From Candidatus Deferrimicrobiaceae bacterium (lineage in GTDB: Bacteria; Desulfobacterota; Deferrimicrobia; Deferrimicrobiales; Deferrimicrobiaceae), in NCBI GenBank assembly GCA_963792415.1, contig CAWBVY010000006.1, positions 718,113-782,112 of the forward strand: DNA of 64,000 bases. The letters run 5' to 3'. The notes beneath the pieces were generated by a model. The model saw only the letters and a program-made list of their open reading frames with translations, searched no databases and had not been told where the DNA came from. Shown piece by piece: positions 1 through 9,443 of the stretch (position 1 is its first letter; each line of letters begins with the position of its first letter). The translations under genes and the position numbers were made by a program.

Positions 1-157
1 ACAGAGCGTGCGCGGCGGCGTACCGCTCGCCGACCCGCCGCAGGAGCGCCTCGCCGGCGTTTTCCGCACCCCCCGCACCGCCCACCGTAAGCGGCAACAG
101 GAGAAGCGCGCAGGCGAGGAGGAGAGCACGCGGATTACGGCATGGGTGAAACATCAT
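1..157 (-). CDS. lolA: Outer-membrane lipoprotein carrier LolA, N-terminal 52 codons only (gene runs off window start)
   Basis: Reverse-strand ATGATG at 157-152 preceded by GAGG RBS; encodes MMFHPCRNPRALLLACALLLLPLTVGGAGGAENAGEALLRRV, a signal peptide plus LolA-like mature N-terminus; lolA classically follows ftsK. Not in ORF track because truncated. Confidence 0.4.
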   Translation of the reverse strand, partial: MMFHPCRNPRALLLACALLLLPLTVGGAGGAENAGEALLRRVGERYAAAHAL

Positions 158-229
158 GTTTGCCTCAGGTTTGTGGGTTGTGGGCGATTCTTTGGACGCC
201 CGTTGGGTGGTCGCACCGAAGCGGAGGGG

Positions 230-2389
230 TCATTCTTCTTTCCGCTTCACGTAGACCTCGCGCTGTTTTCCACCCTCGGCAGGTCCGACGATCCCCTGGC
301 GCTCCATCTCCTCGACGATCCGCGCGGCGCGGTTGAACCCGATCTTGAGGCGGCGCTGGAGGAAGGAGACGGAGGCGCGGCCGGCGCGGACGACTTCCTC
401 GACGGCGGCGTCGAACATCTCGTCGCGCGACGGGTCGGGATCCTCCATGGACGGGGGGGCCGTGATCGCGGAGTCGTAGACCGGCGGTCCCTGAGCCTTC
501 AAATGGCCCACGACGCGCTGGATCTCGCCCTCCCCCACGTAGGGGCAGTGCACCCGAACGATCCCGCCTACGCCGGGCTGGAGGAAGAGCATGTCCCCGA
601 ACCCGAGGAGCGTCTCCGCCCCCGATTGATCGAGGATCGTCCGGGAGTCGAACTGGGAGATCACCTTGAAGGAGACGCGGGACGGGAAGTTCGCCTTGAT
701 CACGCCCGTCAGCACGTCGACGGAGGGTCGCTGGGTGGCGAAGATCAAGTGGATCCCCGCCGCCCGCGCCATCTGGGTGAGCTGGGTGATGGAATCCTCC
801 ACCTCCCGCCGGGACGCGGAGGTCATCATCAGGTCCGCCAGTTCGTCGATGAGGATGACGATGTAGGGGAGCTTCACGAGGTCGTCGGCTTCCCCTTCCC
901 CCTTCGGCCTGCCTGCCGAGCGGAGCCGTTTCTCGACGAACTGGTTGAAGGCGTCGATGTGGCGGACGCCGTTTTCCATCATCAGCTGATACCGACCGCG
1001 CATCTCCCCCACCGCCCACTTCAGAACCTGGGCCGCGTCGCGCGGCTGGGTCACGACCGGGTGATACAGGTGCGGGATCCCATCGTAGAGCGACAGCTCG
1101 AGCATCTTCGGGTCGACGAGAATGAGCCGGACCTCGTCGGGCGTCGCGCGGAAGAGGATCGACAGGATCATGGTGTGGAGCGCCACGCTCTTCCCCGACC
1201 CGGTGGCGCCGGCGATCAGGAGGTGGGGCATCTTCCCGAGGTCCCTGACCACCGGATCGCCGAAGATGTCCTTCCCCATCGCCAGCGACAGCGCGGGGAC
1301 GGAGGAGGCGTAGGCGGGGCACCCGAGCAGTTCCCTCAGGACAATCGGGGCCCTGCGGCCGTTGGGGATCTCGAATCCCATGACCCCCTTTCCGGGGATG
1401 TTGGGGACCACGCGCACAGACTCGCACCGCATCGCCAGCGCCAGGTCGTCCGCCATCGCCGAGACCCGGTTCGCCTTGATCCCCGGCGCGGGTCGGAACT
1501 CGTACATGGTGACCAGGGGGCCGGTCCGAATCTCGGTGATCTGGCCGTCGATGCCGTGCTCCGCAAGCTTGGACAGCAGCGCATGGGCGTTCTCCCGCAA
1601 CGTCTCCTCATCGACCCCCTCCTCGACGCCCGTGGAGGGTTCGAGCAGATCGAGCGGCGGCAGGACGAACGCCTTCCCGGCGGTCCGGGGGGGCGCGGTT
1701 TCCTCGGGGACGGGCCTTCGCGCGACGACCCGTGGGGGGGCGGCTTCTTCCGGGACTTCCGGCGCCGGGGGCTCCTCCTCCCACGTCTCGCGCGGGACCA
1801 ACTTCTCCTTGATCCTCTCGCGGACCTTTTCCGGCGACGATTCCTTGCGGAAGAGCGCAGGCAGGCCGCTCAAGGGAAGACCGGTGACCATCATCAGGGA
1901 GAACAGGAGGAGGGCGACCAGCAGGACGAGCCCGCCCGCGGTACCCGCTACCCTCCCGAGGAAATGGACCCCGAGCAGGTCACCGACGACCCCCGGCAGG
2001 AAGACGTCCTGCCCCATGACGGAGACGTGTCCCGTGAAGAAACTGAGGATCCCGAGGACGGAGCAGACTGCCAGGAGTCCCCCCGCGGCACGCCCCCATT
2101 TCCCGAGGATCTCTTCGCCCCGGTACGTCCAGTAGGCGAGAAGAATGCACAGGAGGGGGAATCCGGCGGCGCCGACGCCGAACAGTTGAAGGAGCAGATC
2201 CGAAAGGATCGCCCCGCCCCAGCCGGCCCAGTTCCGCACCTCGGCACCCGGGGAGCCCGCGGTGGAGGTGGAGAGGGAGGGGTCCATCTGGTGAAACGAC
2301 ACCAGCGCGACGGAGAGGACGACCCCCGCGGCGAGGAAAAGGACCGCCACGGTTTCCCGACGGATCTTTCCGATATCGGCCAAGGTCAA
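230..2389 (-). CDS. ftsK: DNA translocase FtsK (4-TM N-domain, proline-rich linker, FtsK/SpoIIIE ATPase, gamma winged-helix)
   Basis: 719 aa ORF; Walker A AGATGSGKS, Walker B VILIDELADLMM, C-terminal gamma domain SFLQRRLKIGFNRAARIVEEMERQGIV. Confidence 0.95.
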   Translation of the reverse strand: MTLADIGKIRRETVAVLFLAAGVVLSVALVSFHQMDPSLSTSTAGSPGAEVRNWAGWGGAILSDLLLQLFGVGAAGFPLLCILLAYWTYRGEEILGKWGRAAGGLLAVCSVLGILSFFTGHVSVMGQDVFLPGVVGDLLGVHFLGRVAGTAGGLVLLVALLLFSLMMVTGLPLSGLPALFRKESSPEKVRERIKEKLVPRETWEEEPPAPEVPEEAAPPRVVARRPVPEETAPPRTAGKAFVLPPLDLLEPSTGVEEGVDEETLRENAHALLSKLAEHGIDGQITEIRTGPLVTMYEFRPAPGIKANRVSAMADDLALAMRCESVRVVPNIPGKGVMGFEIPNGRRAPIVLRELLGCPAYASSVPALSLAMGKDIFGDPVVRDLGKMPHLLIAGATGSGKSVALHTMILSILFRATPDEVRLILVDPKMLELSLYDGIPHLYHPVVTQPRDAAQVLKWAVGEMRGRYQLMMENGVRHIDAFNQFVEKRLRSAGRPKGEGEADDLVKLPYIVILIDELADLMMTSASRREVEDSITQLTQMARAAGIHLIFATQRPSVDVLTGVIKANFPSRVSFKVISQFDSRTILDQSGAETLLGFGDMLFLQPGVGGIVRVHCPYVGEGEIQRVVGHLKAQGPPVYDSAITAPPSMEDPDPSRDEMFDAAVEEVVRAGRASVSFLQRRLKIGFNRAARIVEEMERQGIVGPAEGGKQREVYVKRKEE

Positions 2390-4035
2390 AGCTCCAGGAG
2401 AACGGGAACGATCATCGGTTTCCGATCGATTCGCTTGTTGAAGAAGCGGCGCACCACCCTCCGGATCACGGTCTGCATCTCCGCCGTGTCGGTCCGCGCG
2501 TCGGCCCCGATCTCCCCGATCGCGCGGAGAACCTCGTCCCGCGCCCCCTCGACGAACTCCTCGGAGCCACTTTCCGTCACGACGCCGCGGGTGACGATAT
2601 CGGGACCGTAGAGGAGTTCGCCCGTGGTCGAGGAGAAGGCGAGAACGACCATCACCAGCCCGACCTGGGAGAGGTGGATCCGATCCTTGAGAACGAGACT
2701 TTCGACGTCGCCGATCCCCTTTCCGTCGACGAAGCGGCGCCCGACCTCGATCCGCCCGGCGAGCGACATCTTCCCCCCCGAGAAGGCGAGCACGTCGCCG
2801 TTCCGCAGCATCGCGACGCGCGGCACCCCCAGCTCCCGCGCCAGGTTCCGGTGCCGGACGAGGAGCCTCGGCTCCCCGTGGACGGGGACGAAATTCGCCG
2901 GCCGGACCGCAGCGATCATCGTCCGGAGCTCCTCGACGCTTGCGTGCCCGGACACGTGGATCTCCGATATCTTCTCATAGAGAACATCCGCCCCCGCGAG
3001 AAAAAAACGGTTGATGAGGCCCGCGATCGCCCGCTCGTTGCCGGGGATGAATTTCGAGGAGAGGACGATCGTGTCCCCCGGCCTCACCTTCAGATGCTTG
3101 TGCTCTCCGAGGGCCATCAGCGATAGCGCCGACCTCGGCTCCCCCTGGCTTCCGGTGGTGAGCACCGCCACGGCACGGTCCGGCAGCGAAACCGCCTCCT
3201 CGACGGGGATCAGGATGTCCGGCGACGGAAGCGCGAGGTAACCGAGGTCGATCGCCGTCGCCACGTTCCGCACCATGCTCCTTCCGCACAGGGCCACCCG
3301 CCGGCCGCAGTTGCCGGCCGCCTTGATCACCTCCTGGATCCGGTGGAGGTTCGAGGAGAACATGCCCACCACGACCCTCCCCGTGGCCTGTCCGAAGATC
3401 TCCGAGAGGGCCTCTCCGACGAACTTTTCCGGCGGGCTCACCCCCTCCCGCTCCACGTTCGTGGAATCGGAGAAGAGCGCGGTGACCCCTTCCGCGGAGA
3501 TTTCCCGGAGCCGTTCGATCCCGGTCGGCACGCCGTCGAGTGGATACGGGTCGATCTTGAAATCCCCCGTGTGGACGAAGAGTCCCTCGGGGCAGCGCAG
3601 CACGTATCCCACGGCGTCGGGGATGCTGTGGGAGACGGGGAACGCCTCCACGTCGAAGTTCCCGACGCGGAACCGGTCGTCCCGCGCGATCGGGAAAAGC
3701 CGCGCGGACGCCTCGAGCCCCTGCTCGGCGAGGCGGTGGCGCAGCAGGCCCAGCGTCAGGCGGGTCCCGTAGACCGGTATGTCGAATTCGCGGAGCAGGA
3801 AGGGGACGGCGCCGATGTGATCCTCGTGCCCGTGGGTGAGCAGGAGCGCGCCGAGGTGGGGCGCCGTTTCTCGCAGGACGGAAAAGTCGGGGACGACGTA
3901 GTCGACCCCCAGCATCGTGTCGTCGGGGAACAGGAGACCAGCGTCGATGAGCAGCGCGGAGCCGCCGTCGTCGAACAGCATGCAGTTGAGGCCGATCTCG
4001 CCCAGCCCTCCCATCGGGATCACTCGCAGCGTCAT
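2386..4035 (-). CDS. rnj: Ribonuclease J (metallo-beta-lactamase / beta-CASP RNase)
   Basis: 549 aa; HGHEDHIG MBL motif, beta-CASP region, RNase J C-terminal domain; 4 nt overlap with ftsK start. Confidence 0.9.
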   Translation of the reverse strand: MTLRVIPMGGLGEIGLNCMLFDDGGSALLIDAGLLFPDDTMLGVDYVVPDFSVLRETAPHLGALLLTHGHEDHIGAVPFLLREFDIPVYGTRLTLGLLRHRLAEQGLEASARLFPIARDDRFRVGNFDVEAFPVSHSIPDAVGYVLRCPEGLFVHTGDFKIDPYPLDGVPTGIERLREISAEGVTALFSDSTNVEREGVSPPEKFVGEALSEIFGQATGRVVVGMFSSNLHRIQEVIKAAGNCGRRVALCGRSMVRNVATAIDLGYLALPSPDILIPVEEAVSLPDRAVAVLTTGSQGEPRSALSLMALGEHKHLKVRPGDTIVLSSKFIPGNERAIAGLINRFFLAGADVLYEKISEIHVSGHASVEELRTMIAAVRPANFVPVHGEPRLLVRHRNLARELGVPRVAMLRNGDVLAFSGGKMSLAGRIEVGRRFVDGKGIGDVESLVLKDRIHLSQVGLVMVVLAFSSTTGELLYGPDIVTRGVVTESGSEEFVEGARDEVLRAIGEIGADARTDTAEMQTVIRRVVRRFFNKRIDRKPMIVPVLLEL

Positions 4036-4053
4036 CTCATGCCTTCCTGAAGT

Positions 4054-4767
4054 TCAAGTTATCGCGCGCTCGCTTGCGCGGGCCGCGAGGATCCGCGCCC
4101 GCACAGACTCGGCGATCCGTTCTTTCGATCCCCCCGCCCTTTCACCCGGTGAAAGCGGGGGAAGCACGCGGACGAGGAGATCGGCGGGCCGCACGCGAAA
4201 GCCCCCCTTGGGGATCGCCCGGCACCCGCCGTCGACGTAGACCGGGACGACGGGCGCCCCGGACTTCTGCGCGAGGTAGAAGGCACCCGGCCGGAATTCC
4301 CCGATCGACCCGTCCCCGCTTCGGGTCCCTTCCGGAAAAACGACCACGAGCCCTCCGTCGAGAAGCCGCGCCCCGACATCCCGCATCATCCGGACCGCGT
4401 CTCTCGGGTCCTCCCGGTCGACGAAGAGGTTCCCCGCCGCCGCCATCGCCTTCCCGAACAGGGGGATCTCCCCCAGTTCCCGCTTGGCGAGAAACCGCAC
4501 CGGCCGCGGGAACGCGGACAGGAGCATCGGGATGTCGACGATGCTCTGATGGTTCGCGACCAGAACGGCCCCGCCGGACGGGAGGTTCTCCATCCCCTCG
4601 ACCCGCAGGTTCCACCCGCCCAGACGAACGAAGGAGCGTCCCCACCACCCCATGACGCCGCCGGCCCGGTCCTCGCGTGGAAACAGCCAACCCGCCAGGA
4701 CCGATGCGAGAGAGGACCCGACGGTGAGGAGGAAGAGGAACAAGGACCGAAGTGCGCCCGGCATCAC
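4054..4767 (-). CDS. plsC: 1-acyl-sn-glycerol-3-phosphate acyltransferase (PlsC family)
   Basis: 237 aa; N-terminal TM, NHQSIVD (HX4D) and FPEGTRS acyltransferase motifs. Confidence 0.85.
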   Translation of the reverse strand: MMPGALRSLFLFLLTVGSSLASVLAGWLFPREDRAGGVMGWWGRSFVRLGGWNLRVEGMENLPSGGAVLVANHQSIVDIPMLLSAFPRPVRFLAKRELGEIPLFGKAMAAAGNLFVDREDPRDAVRMMRDVGARLLDGGLVVVFPEGTRSGDGSIGEFRPGAFYLAQKSGAPVVPVYVDGGCRAIPKGGFRVRPADLLVRVLPPLSPGERAGGSKERIAESVRARILAARASERAIT

Positions 4768-5342
4768 CAGTCCCCCTCTTCCCGGAAGCTGAAGAACGCG
4801 CCGTCCCCGAGGATAACATGGTCGACCACCGGGATCCCGAGGATCCCTCCCGCGGACCGGAGCCTCCGCGTCACCTCCCGGTCCTGTCCGCTGGGGGCGG
4901 GATCGCCGCTCGGGTGGTTGTGCAGGAGAAGAACCGCCGCGGCGCGCTCCCGGACCGCCGCGGCGAAGACCTCTCTCGGGTGGATGAGGCTGCCGTCGAG
5001 GATCCCCGCCGACACGCGCTCCTCCCGCAGGGGACGGTGCTTCACGTCGAGGAGCACCACGACGAACACCTCAACGGGCGAATCGGAGAGCAGGAACCTG
5101 TACCGCTCGAACACGTCCCCCGCGGAACGGAACGGCTCGGGGCGTCGACGCGGAATCGCGAGCGCCCTGCGCGCAAGCTCGAGAACCGCCTCCCACCTTC
5201 GATGCCTTCCCGCGTCCGCCGGCCCGCTTCCCGAAGCGGCTAGGCGCATCCCCTCCCCGTCGTCCGGGAACGCCCTCCGGAACAGCTCCGTCTCTTCCAC
5301 ACCTTCCAGGGGCCGCGCATCGCGGCCGGTGACGCCCGGCAT
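4764..5342 (-). CDS. radC: RadC-family JAB/MPN domain protein
   Basis: 192 aa; JAMM motif HNHPSGDPAPSGQD; 4 nt overlap with plsC. Confidence 0.85.
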   Translation of the reverse strand: MPGVTGRDARPLEGVEETELFRRAFPDDGEGMRLAASGSGPADAGRHRRWEAVLELARRALAIPRRRPEPFRSAGDVFERYRFLLSDSPVEVFVVVLLDVKHRPLREERVSAGILDGSLIHPREVFAAAVRERAAAVLLLHNHPSGDPAPSGQDREVTRRLRSAGGILGIPVVDHVILGDGAFFSFREEGDW

Positions 5343-5424
5343 CCCGTCTCCCGAGGGGAAATGCCGGGGACCTATTCAAATACCATTCCGGATTTTTGTC
5401 AAAGCGCCGTCCCGGTGCGAGATA

Positions 5425-6372
5425 ATGTTTGCCATGGAAGGGAAACCGCTCACCGAACTGCTGTCGTCGTTCCGCGCGAACGTCGAAACCGTTCTCCTCG
5501 GGAAACGGGAGTCGGTGGACCTGGCGATCGCCTCCTTCATCGCAGGAGGCCACGTTCTCCTCGAGGACGTCCCGGGCACCGGCAAGACGACGCTGGCGCG
5601 GGCTCTCTCCTCGGGAATCTCGGGGACCTTCCGCCGGATCCAGTTCACGAGCGACCTGCTTCCCCAGGACATCATCGGCATGCACATCCTCGACGCGGAC
5701 CGGAAATCGTTCGTCTTCTCGCCCGGGCCGCTGTTCGCGAACGTCGTCCTCGCAGACGAGATCAACCGGAGCAACCCCAGGGCCCAGAGCGCCCTGCTCG
5801 AAGCGATGAGCGAGCGGCAGGTGACGGTGGACAACCGGACCTACCCTCTTCCCGAGCCTTTCCTCGTCATCGCGACGCAGAACCCGTACGAGCAGCACGG
5901 GACGTACCCTCTCCCGGAATCCCAGCTCGACCGTTTCAACCTCCGTCTGCGCCTCTCCTACCCGGACCGCGATTCGGAACGGCAGCTCATCCGCGAGAAC
6001 AATCTCCTCACGATGCGGGACGGAATCCCGGCGTCGATGCGGCCGGAGCAGATGCGGGCGCTCCGGGCGGAAGTCGACCGGGTGACCGTCCACGACGCGG
6101 TCATCGACTACATACAGCGGCTCGCGGCGGCGACCCGGGCCCACCCCGCCGTCCGCCTGGGCGCCTCCCCCCGCGGGGCGATCGGATTGAAGAGCACCTC
6201 GCAGGCGCTGGCCCTCCTCTCGGGACGTGACCACGTGATCCCCGGAGACGTCCGCAGAGCGGCGGTTCCGGTCCTCTGCCACCGCGTCTTCCCGAAAGGG
6301 GAAGCCGCCGGGTCGGAAGCCGCCCAGACGATCCTCGAGGAGGTCCTCTCGGTGGTGCCGTCGCCGCTGTGA
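5425..6372 (+). CDS. MoxR-family AAA+ ATPase
   Basis: Real start MFAMEGK inside a longer artefactual ORF; Walker A GTGKTT, Walker B VLADEINR, typical ~316 aa MoxR. Confidence 0.9.
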   Translation: MFAMEGKPLTELLSSFRANVETVLLGKRESVDLAIASFIAGGHVLLEDVPGTGKTTLARALSSGISGTFRRIQFTSDLLPQDIIGMHILDADRKSFVFSPGPLFANVVLADEINRSNPRAQSALLEAMSERQVTVDNRTYPLPEPFLVIATQNPYEQHGTYPLPESQLDRFNLRLRLSYPDRDSERQLIRENNLLTMRDGIPASMRPEQMRALRAEVDRVTVHDAVIDYIQRLAAATRAHPAVRLGASPRGAIGLKSTSQALALLSGRDHVIPGDVRRAAVPVLCHRVFPKGEAAGSEAAQTILEEVLSVVPSPL

Positions 6373-7322
6373 AGCCCGTCGCGCGCCGGTTTCGCCTTCC
6401 CCGTCATCTCCGGGTCCCCTTCGCGGGGAAGGTGTTCCTCCTCGTCACCCTCGGGGTCGGCGTCGCCGCCGTCAACACGGGGAACAACCTCCTCTATCTC
6501 GCCTTGAGCCTCAACCTCTCGTTGATCCTCCTGTCGGGCGTCCTGTCCGAGGGAACGCTGCGGCACGTCACGCTGAAGGCCCGGCTCGCCTCGGAGGCGT
6601 TCGCGGGGGGGGAGGCGTTCCTCGCCGTCACCTGTTCGACGGAGGGGAAACGGTTTCCCGGGATCTCACTCGTCGCGATCCTTCGGACCGGAGAAGATCC
6701 TGCGACGGTCCGGTTCCCGGACATCGCCCCCGGGACGACCGTCACCCGCGTAGTCCCGTTCCGACCTTCGCACAGGGGAGAGCTCGATTCGATCCACGCC
6801 TCGCTCTCGACGCGCTTCCCGTTCTCCCTGTTCGAGAAATCGGTCGCGCTTGCCGTTCCCGCGGGCGTCATCGTGTATCCCCGGCCTTCCCCTCCCGAGG
6901 CGCGGTGCGAAGATCTCCCGGTCGCGGCGCCGTCGGGGCGCCCGTTCCTGTCCGGGCGGGTCGGCGCCTTCCCGCGGGGAGTGCGGGAGCACCTCCCCGC
7001 GGACCCCGCGAGGGACATCCACTGGAAGACGACGGCGCGGACGGGACGCTGGATGGTCAAGGAGCGGGAAGGGGAAGCCACGCCGTGGATCGACCTTCGC
7101 GTGGAAGAAGGCGGAACGCCCGAGGCCTTCGAAGCCCGGCTCTCGGAAGCGTGCGGCGCCGTACTCGATCTCGAGCGGCGGACCGTCCCCTTCCGAATCC
7201 GGATCGGAGACCGCCTTTGCGCCGAAGCGCACGATCCGGACCGCAGATCGAAGGCCCTCGAGGCCCTGGCGAAGGCGCGGTTCCATCCCGCCCCCCCGGC
7301 ACCGGCGGTGACGCCGTCATGA
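6369..7322 (+). CDS. DUF58-domain protein (MoxR partner, vWA-like)
   Basis: 317 aa, N-terminal TM helices, DUF58 architecture; ATGA overlap with moxR stop. Confidence 0.8.
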   Translation: MKPVARRFRLPRHLRVPFAGKVFLLVTLGVGVAAVNTGNNLLYLALSLNLSLILLSGVLSEGTLRHVTLKARLASEAFAGGEAFLAVTCSTEGKRFPGISLVAILRTGEDPATVRFPDIAPGTTVTRVVPFRPSHRGELDSIHASLSTRFPFSLFEKSVALAVPAGVIVYPRPSPPEARCEDLPVAAPSGRPFLSGRVGAFPRGVREHLPADPARDIHWKTTARTGRWMVKEREGEATPWIDLRVEEGGTPEAFEARLSEACGAVLDLERRTVPFRIRIGDRLCAEAHDPDRRSKALEALAKARFHPAPPAPAVTPS

Positions 7323-9367
7323 CCCGCCGCCCCCCTGTCCGGGAGTTTCTCTGGTGGTCCCTGCGCGCCCAGTGGGGGCTCGCGCTCGCCCTCCTCGCCC
7401 TCTTCACCGACGCGGCGCAATGGGCCCTCCTGCTCGCCGCCGGCGCGTGGGTCTCCGGCGTGGCGATGGACCGGGCGGACACGCCGCGTGCCGTCCTCTC
7501 CCGGTTCGGATCGCCGTTCGTGGCGCTCTTCCTTGCCGCCGCCGCGGCCGACCTCCTGTTCGGAAGCCGGGACCTCGTCGCCTCCCTTTCGCTGCTCATC
7601 CTCGGGGTGCAATCGGTGAAGTTCCTCCTCCCGAAGGGAAGCAGGGACGGATGGCAGCTGTGCGCCGTCGCCCTCCTCGAATTTCTCGCCGCCGCCGCCG
7701 GAACCGACGCGCTGGCCTTCGCCCTCTTCGCGTTCCTATTTTTCGTCGCCTCCGCCGCCGCGATGGGGGCCCTTCACGACCAGGAGGCGGAGGAGGCGGG
7801 GCGTCCGTCGGGAGGATACGCCGTCCCGGCGCGGGCGGCGGCGGGGGTGCTCCTTGCCGCGGGGGTCGGCGGGTTTCTCGCCTCGGCGGTCCTGTTCGCG
7901 GTCATTCCGCGTCTCGAGTTCCGCCAGATCCTCGAGCGGTTCGGACGACCCAGGGGCGTCGTCGGTTTCTCCGAGACGATGACCCTCCGCGAGGTGACCG
8001 GCATAAAATCGGACACGCGGGTGGTGGCGAGGGTCGAATTCCCGGAATTGCGCCCCGGGCTCCTCCCGGCGAACCTCTACCTTCGGGGCGCAGTGTATTC
8101 GCGGTATCGGGAGGGGGTTTGGCGCCAGGGCGCAGCGACTCCCCTCCCCGTTCCAAGGGCCGGATTCCTCCACTTCGTTGGAGATGCGGCCGTCCCGGAT
8201 TCCACGGCGGACATCACCCTCGAGGCGGCGAACCACCCCGCCCTCTTCACCTACGGGCATCCGACGCAGATCGAGGGCGCGTTCCTCCCCGTTCTCTCGG
8301 ACGGGGAGGGGAACCTCTCCCTTGCGCGCTCGGGGCACCCGACGCTCCGATACCGGGTCCGCTTCGCGGCGGACCTCCCCCGGCGATCCCGGAACGAGCG
8401 CCGGACGAATCCGGAGGATCTCGCTTTCCCCGAGGGGCACGAGGACGTGCGGGCCCTCGCGCGGAAGATCGCCGGCGGCACGGGGACCGTCGACGAACGC
8501 GCGAAACGGATCGTGGGCTTCTTCCTGTCCGGATTCCGCTACACCCTCTCCGATCCCGCCTCGTCGATCCGGGAGTTCCTGTTCCGGAAGCGGGCCGGCT
8601 ACTGCGAGCATTTCGCCGCGGGACTGTCGCTGCTGCTGCGCGGCGCGGGGATTCCTTCCCGCGTCGCCGCCGGCTATCTCGGCGGCGAATGGAACGGGGT
8701 CGGGAAGTACCTGATCGTCCGCCAATCGGATGCGCACGCGTGGGTCGAGGCCTGGATCGACGGGCGCTGGGTGACGCTCGACGCGACCCCGCCCTCCGGG
8801 GCCTCCTCTCCCTTCAGGACGCGAACGGGGACGATCGGGCTCTACGCGGACTGGCTCCGGCAGCGCTGGGACAAATACGTGGTCAACTACTCGATGCGGA
8901 TGCAGGCCGACGCGGTGAAGGAAGGCGTGCGCGCGGTCCGCCGGACCGGCGCGGCCTTCCGTTTCCGGGGATGGGCCGGGATCGGCGGCGCCGCGCGGGA
9001 CGCCGCGGGCTGGGGACTTCTCGCCGCGACCGCGATCTTTCTGCTCTACCGGCATCTGCGGAAGCGGCGGATTTCCGCGGGAGATCGATTCCCGCCCGGA
9101 CGCTCGCCGCTCCCCGGCCCGTACGCCCGCCTCGTCCGGCGCCTCGATCGGAACCGGTTCCGGCGTCACCCGGGGGAGACCCTCGAAGAGACGCTGGCCG
9201 CCGCGGTGCGGTCGCGTCCCGACCTTGTGGAGGACGCCTCCCTCTTCCTCGACCTGTATCACCGGGACCGCTTCGGCCCGGCGCCGCTTCCTCCAAAAGC
9301 GCGGGAGGAGGCATTCCGCCTGGCGAAGCGGCTCGGGCACGGAATATCCGACACCGCGGCAACGTAG
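7319..9367 (+). CDS. Transglutaminase-like domain membrane protein (DUF3488 + TGase core)
   Basis: Start MTRRPPV overlapping DUF58 stop; multiple TM helices then Cys-His-Asp core GYCEHFAAGLSLLLRGAGIPSRVAAGY...DAHAWVE. Confidence 0.85.
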   Translation: MTRRPPVREFLWWSLRAQWGLALALLALFTDAAQWALLLAAGAWVSGVAMDRADTPRAVLSRFGSPFVALFLAAAAADLLFGSRDLVASLSLLILGVQSVKFLLPKGSRDGWQLCAVALLEFLAAAAGTDALAFALFAFLFFVASAAAMGALHDQEAEEAGRPSGGYAVPARAAAGVLLAAGVGGFLASAVLFAVIPRLEFRQILERFGRPRGVVGFSETMTLREVTGIKSDTRVVARVEFPELRPGLLPANLYLRGAVYSRYREGVWRQGAATPLPVPRAGFLHFVGDAAVPDSTADITLEAANHPALFTYGHPTQIEGAFLPVLSDGEGNLSLARSGHPTLRYRVRFAADLPRRSRNERRTNPEDLAFPEGHEDVRALARKIAGGTGTVDERAKRIVGFFLSGFRYTLSDPASSIREFLFRKRAGYCEHFAAGLSLLLRGAGIPSRVAAGYLGGEWNGVGKYLIVRQSDAHAWVEAWIDGRWVTLDATPPSGASSPFRTRTGTIGLYADWLRQRWDKYVVNYSMRMQADAVKEGVRAVRRTGAAFRFRGWAGIGGAARDAAGWGLLAATAIFLLYRHLRKRRISAGDRFPPGRSPLPGPYARLVRRLDRNRFRRHPGETLEETLAAAVRSRPDLVEDASLFLDLYHRDRFGPAPLPPKAREEAFRLAKRLGHGISDTAAT

Positions 9368-9443
9368 CGCACGCCAGCCTCCCCCGGCACACCGGTTGCT
9401 TTCTTCCAGGCAGGATTCCACACCGCCCAGGAGGTCCTCTCCC

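Noticed and set aside
8-2611. 867 aa plus-strand ORF, the largest near the window start
   Set aside because: It is antisense to a clear ftsK. The translation is Arg/Gly/Pro/Asp-rich low-complexity with no domain. It is a typical stop-codon-poor antisense frame of a ~70 % GC gene.
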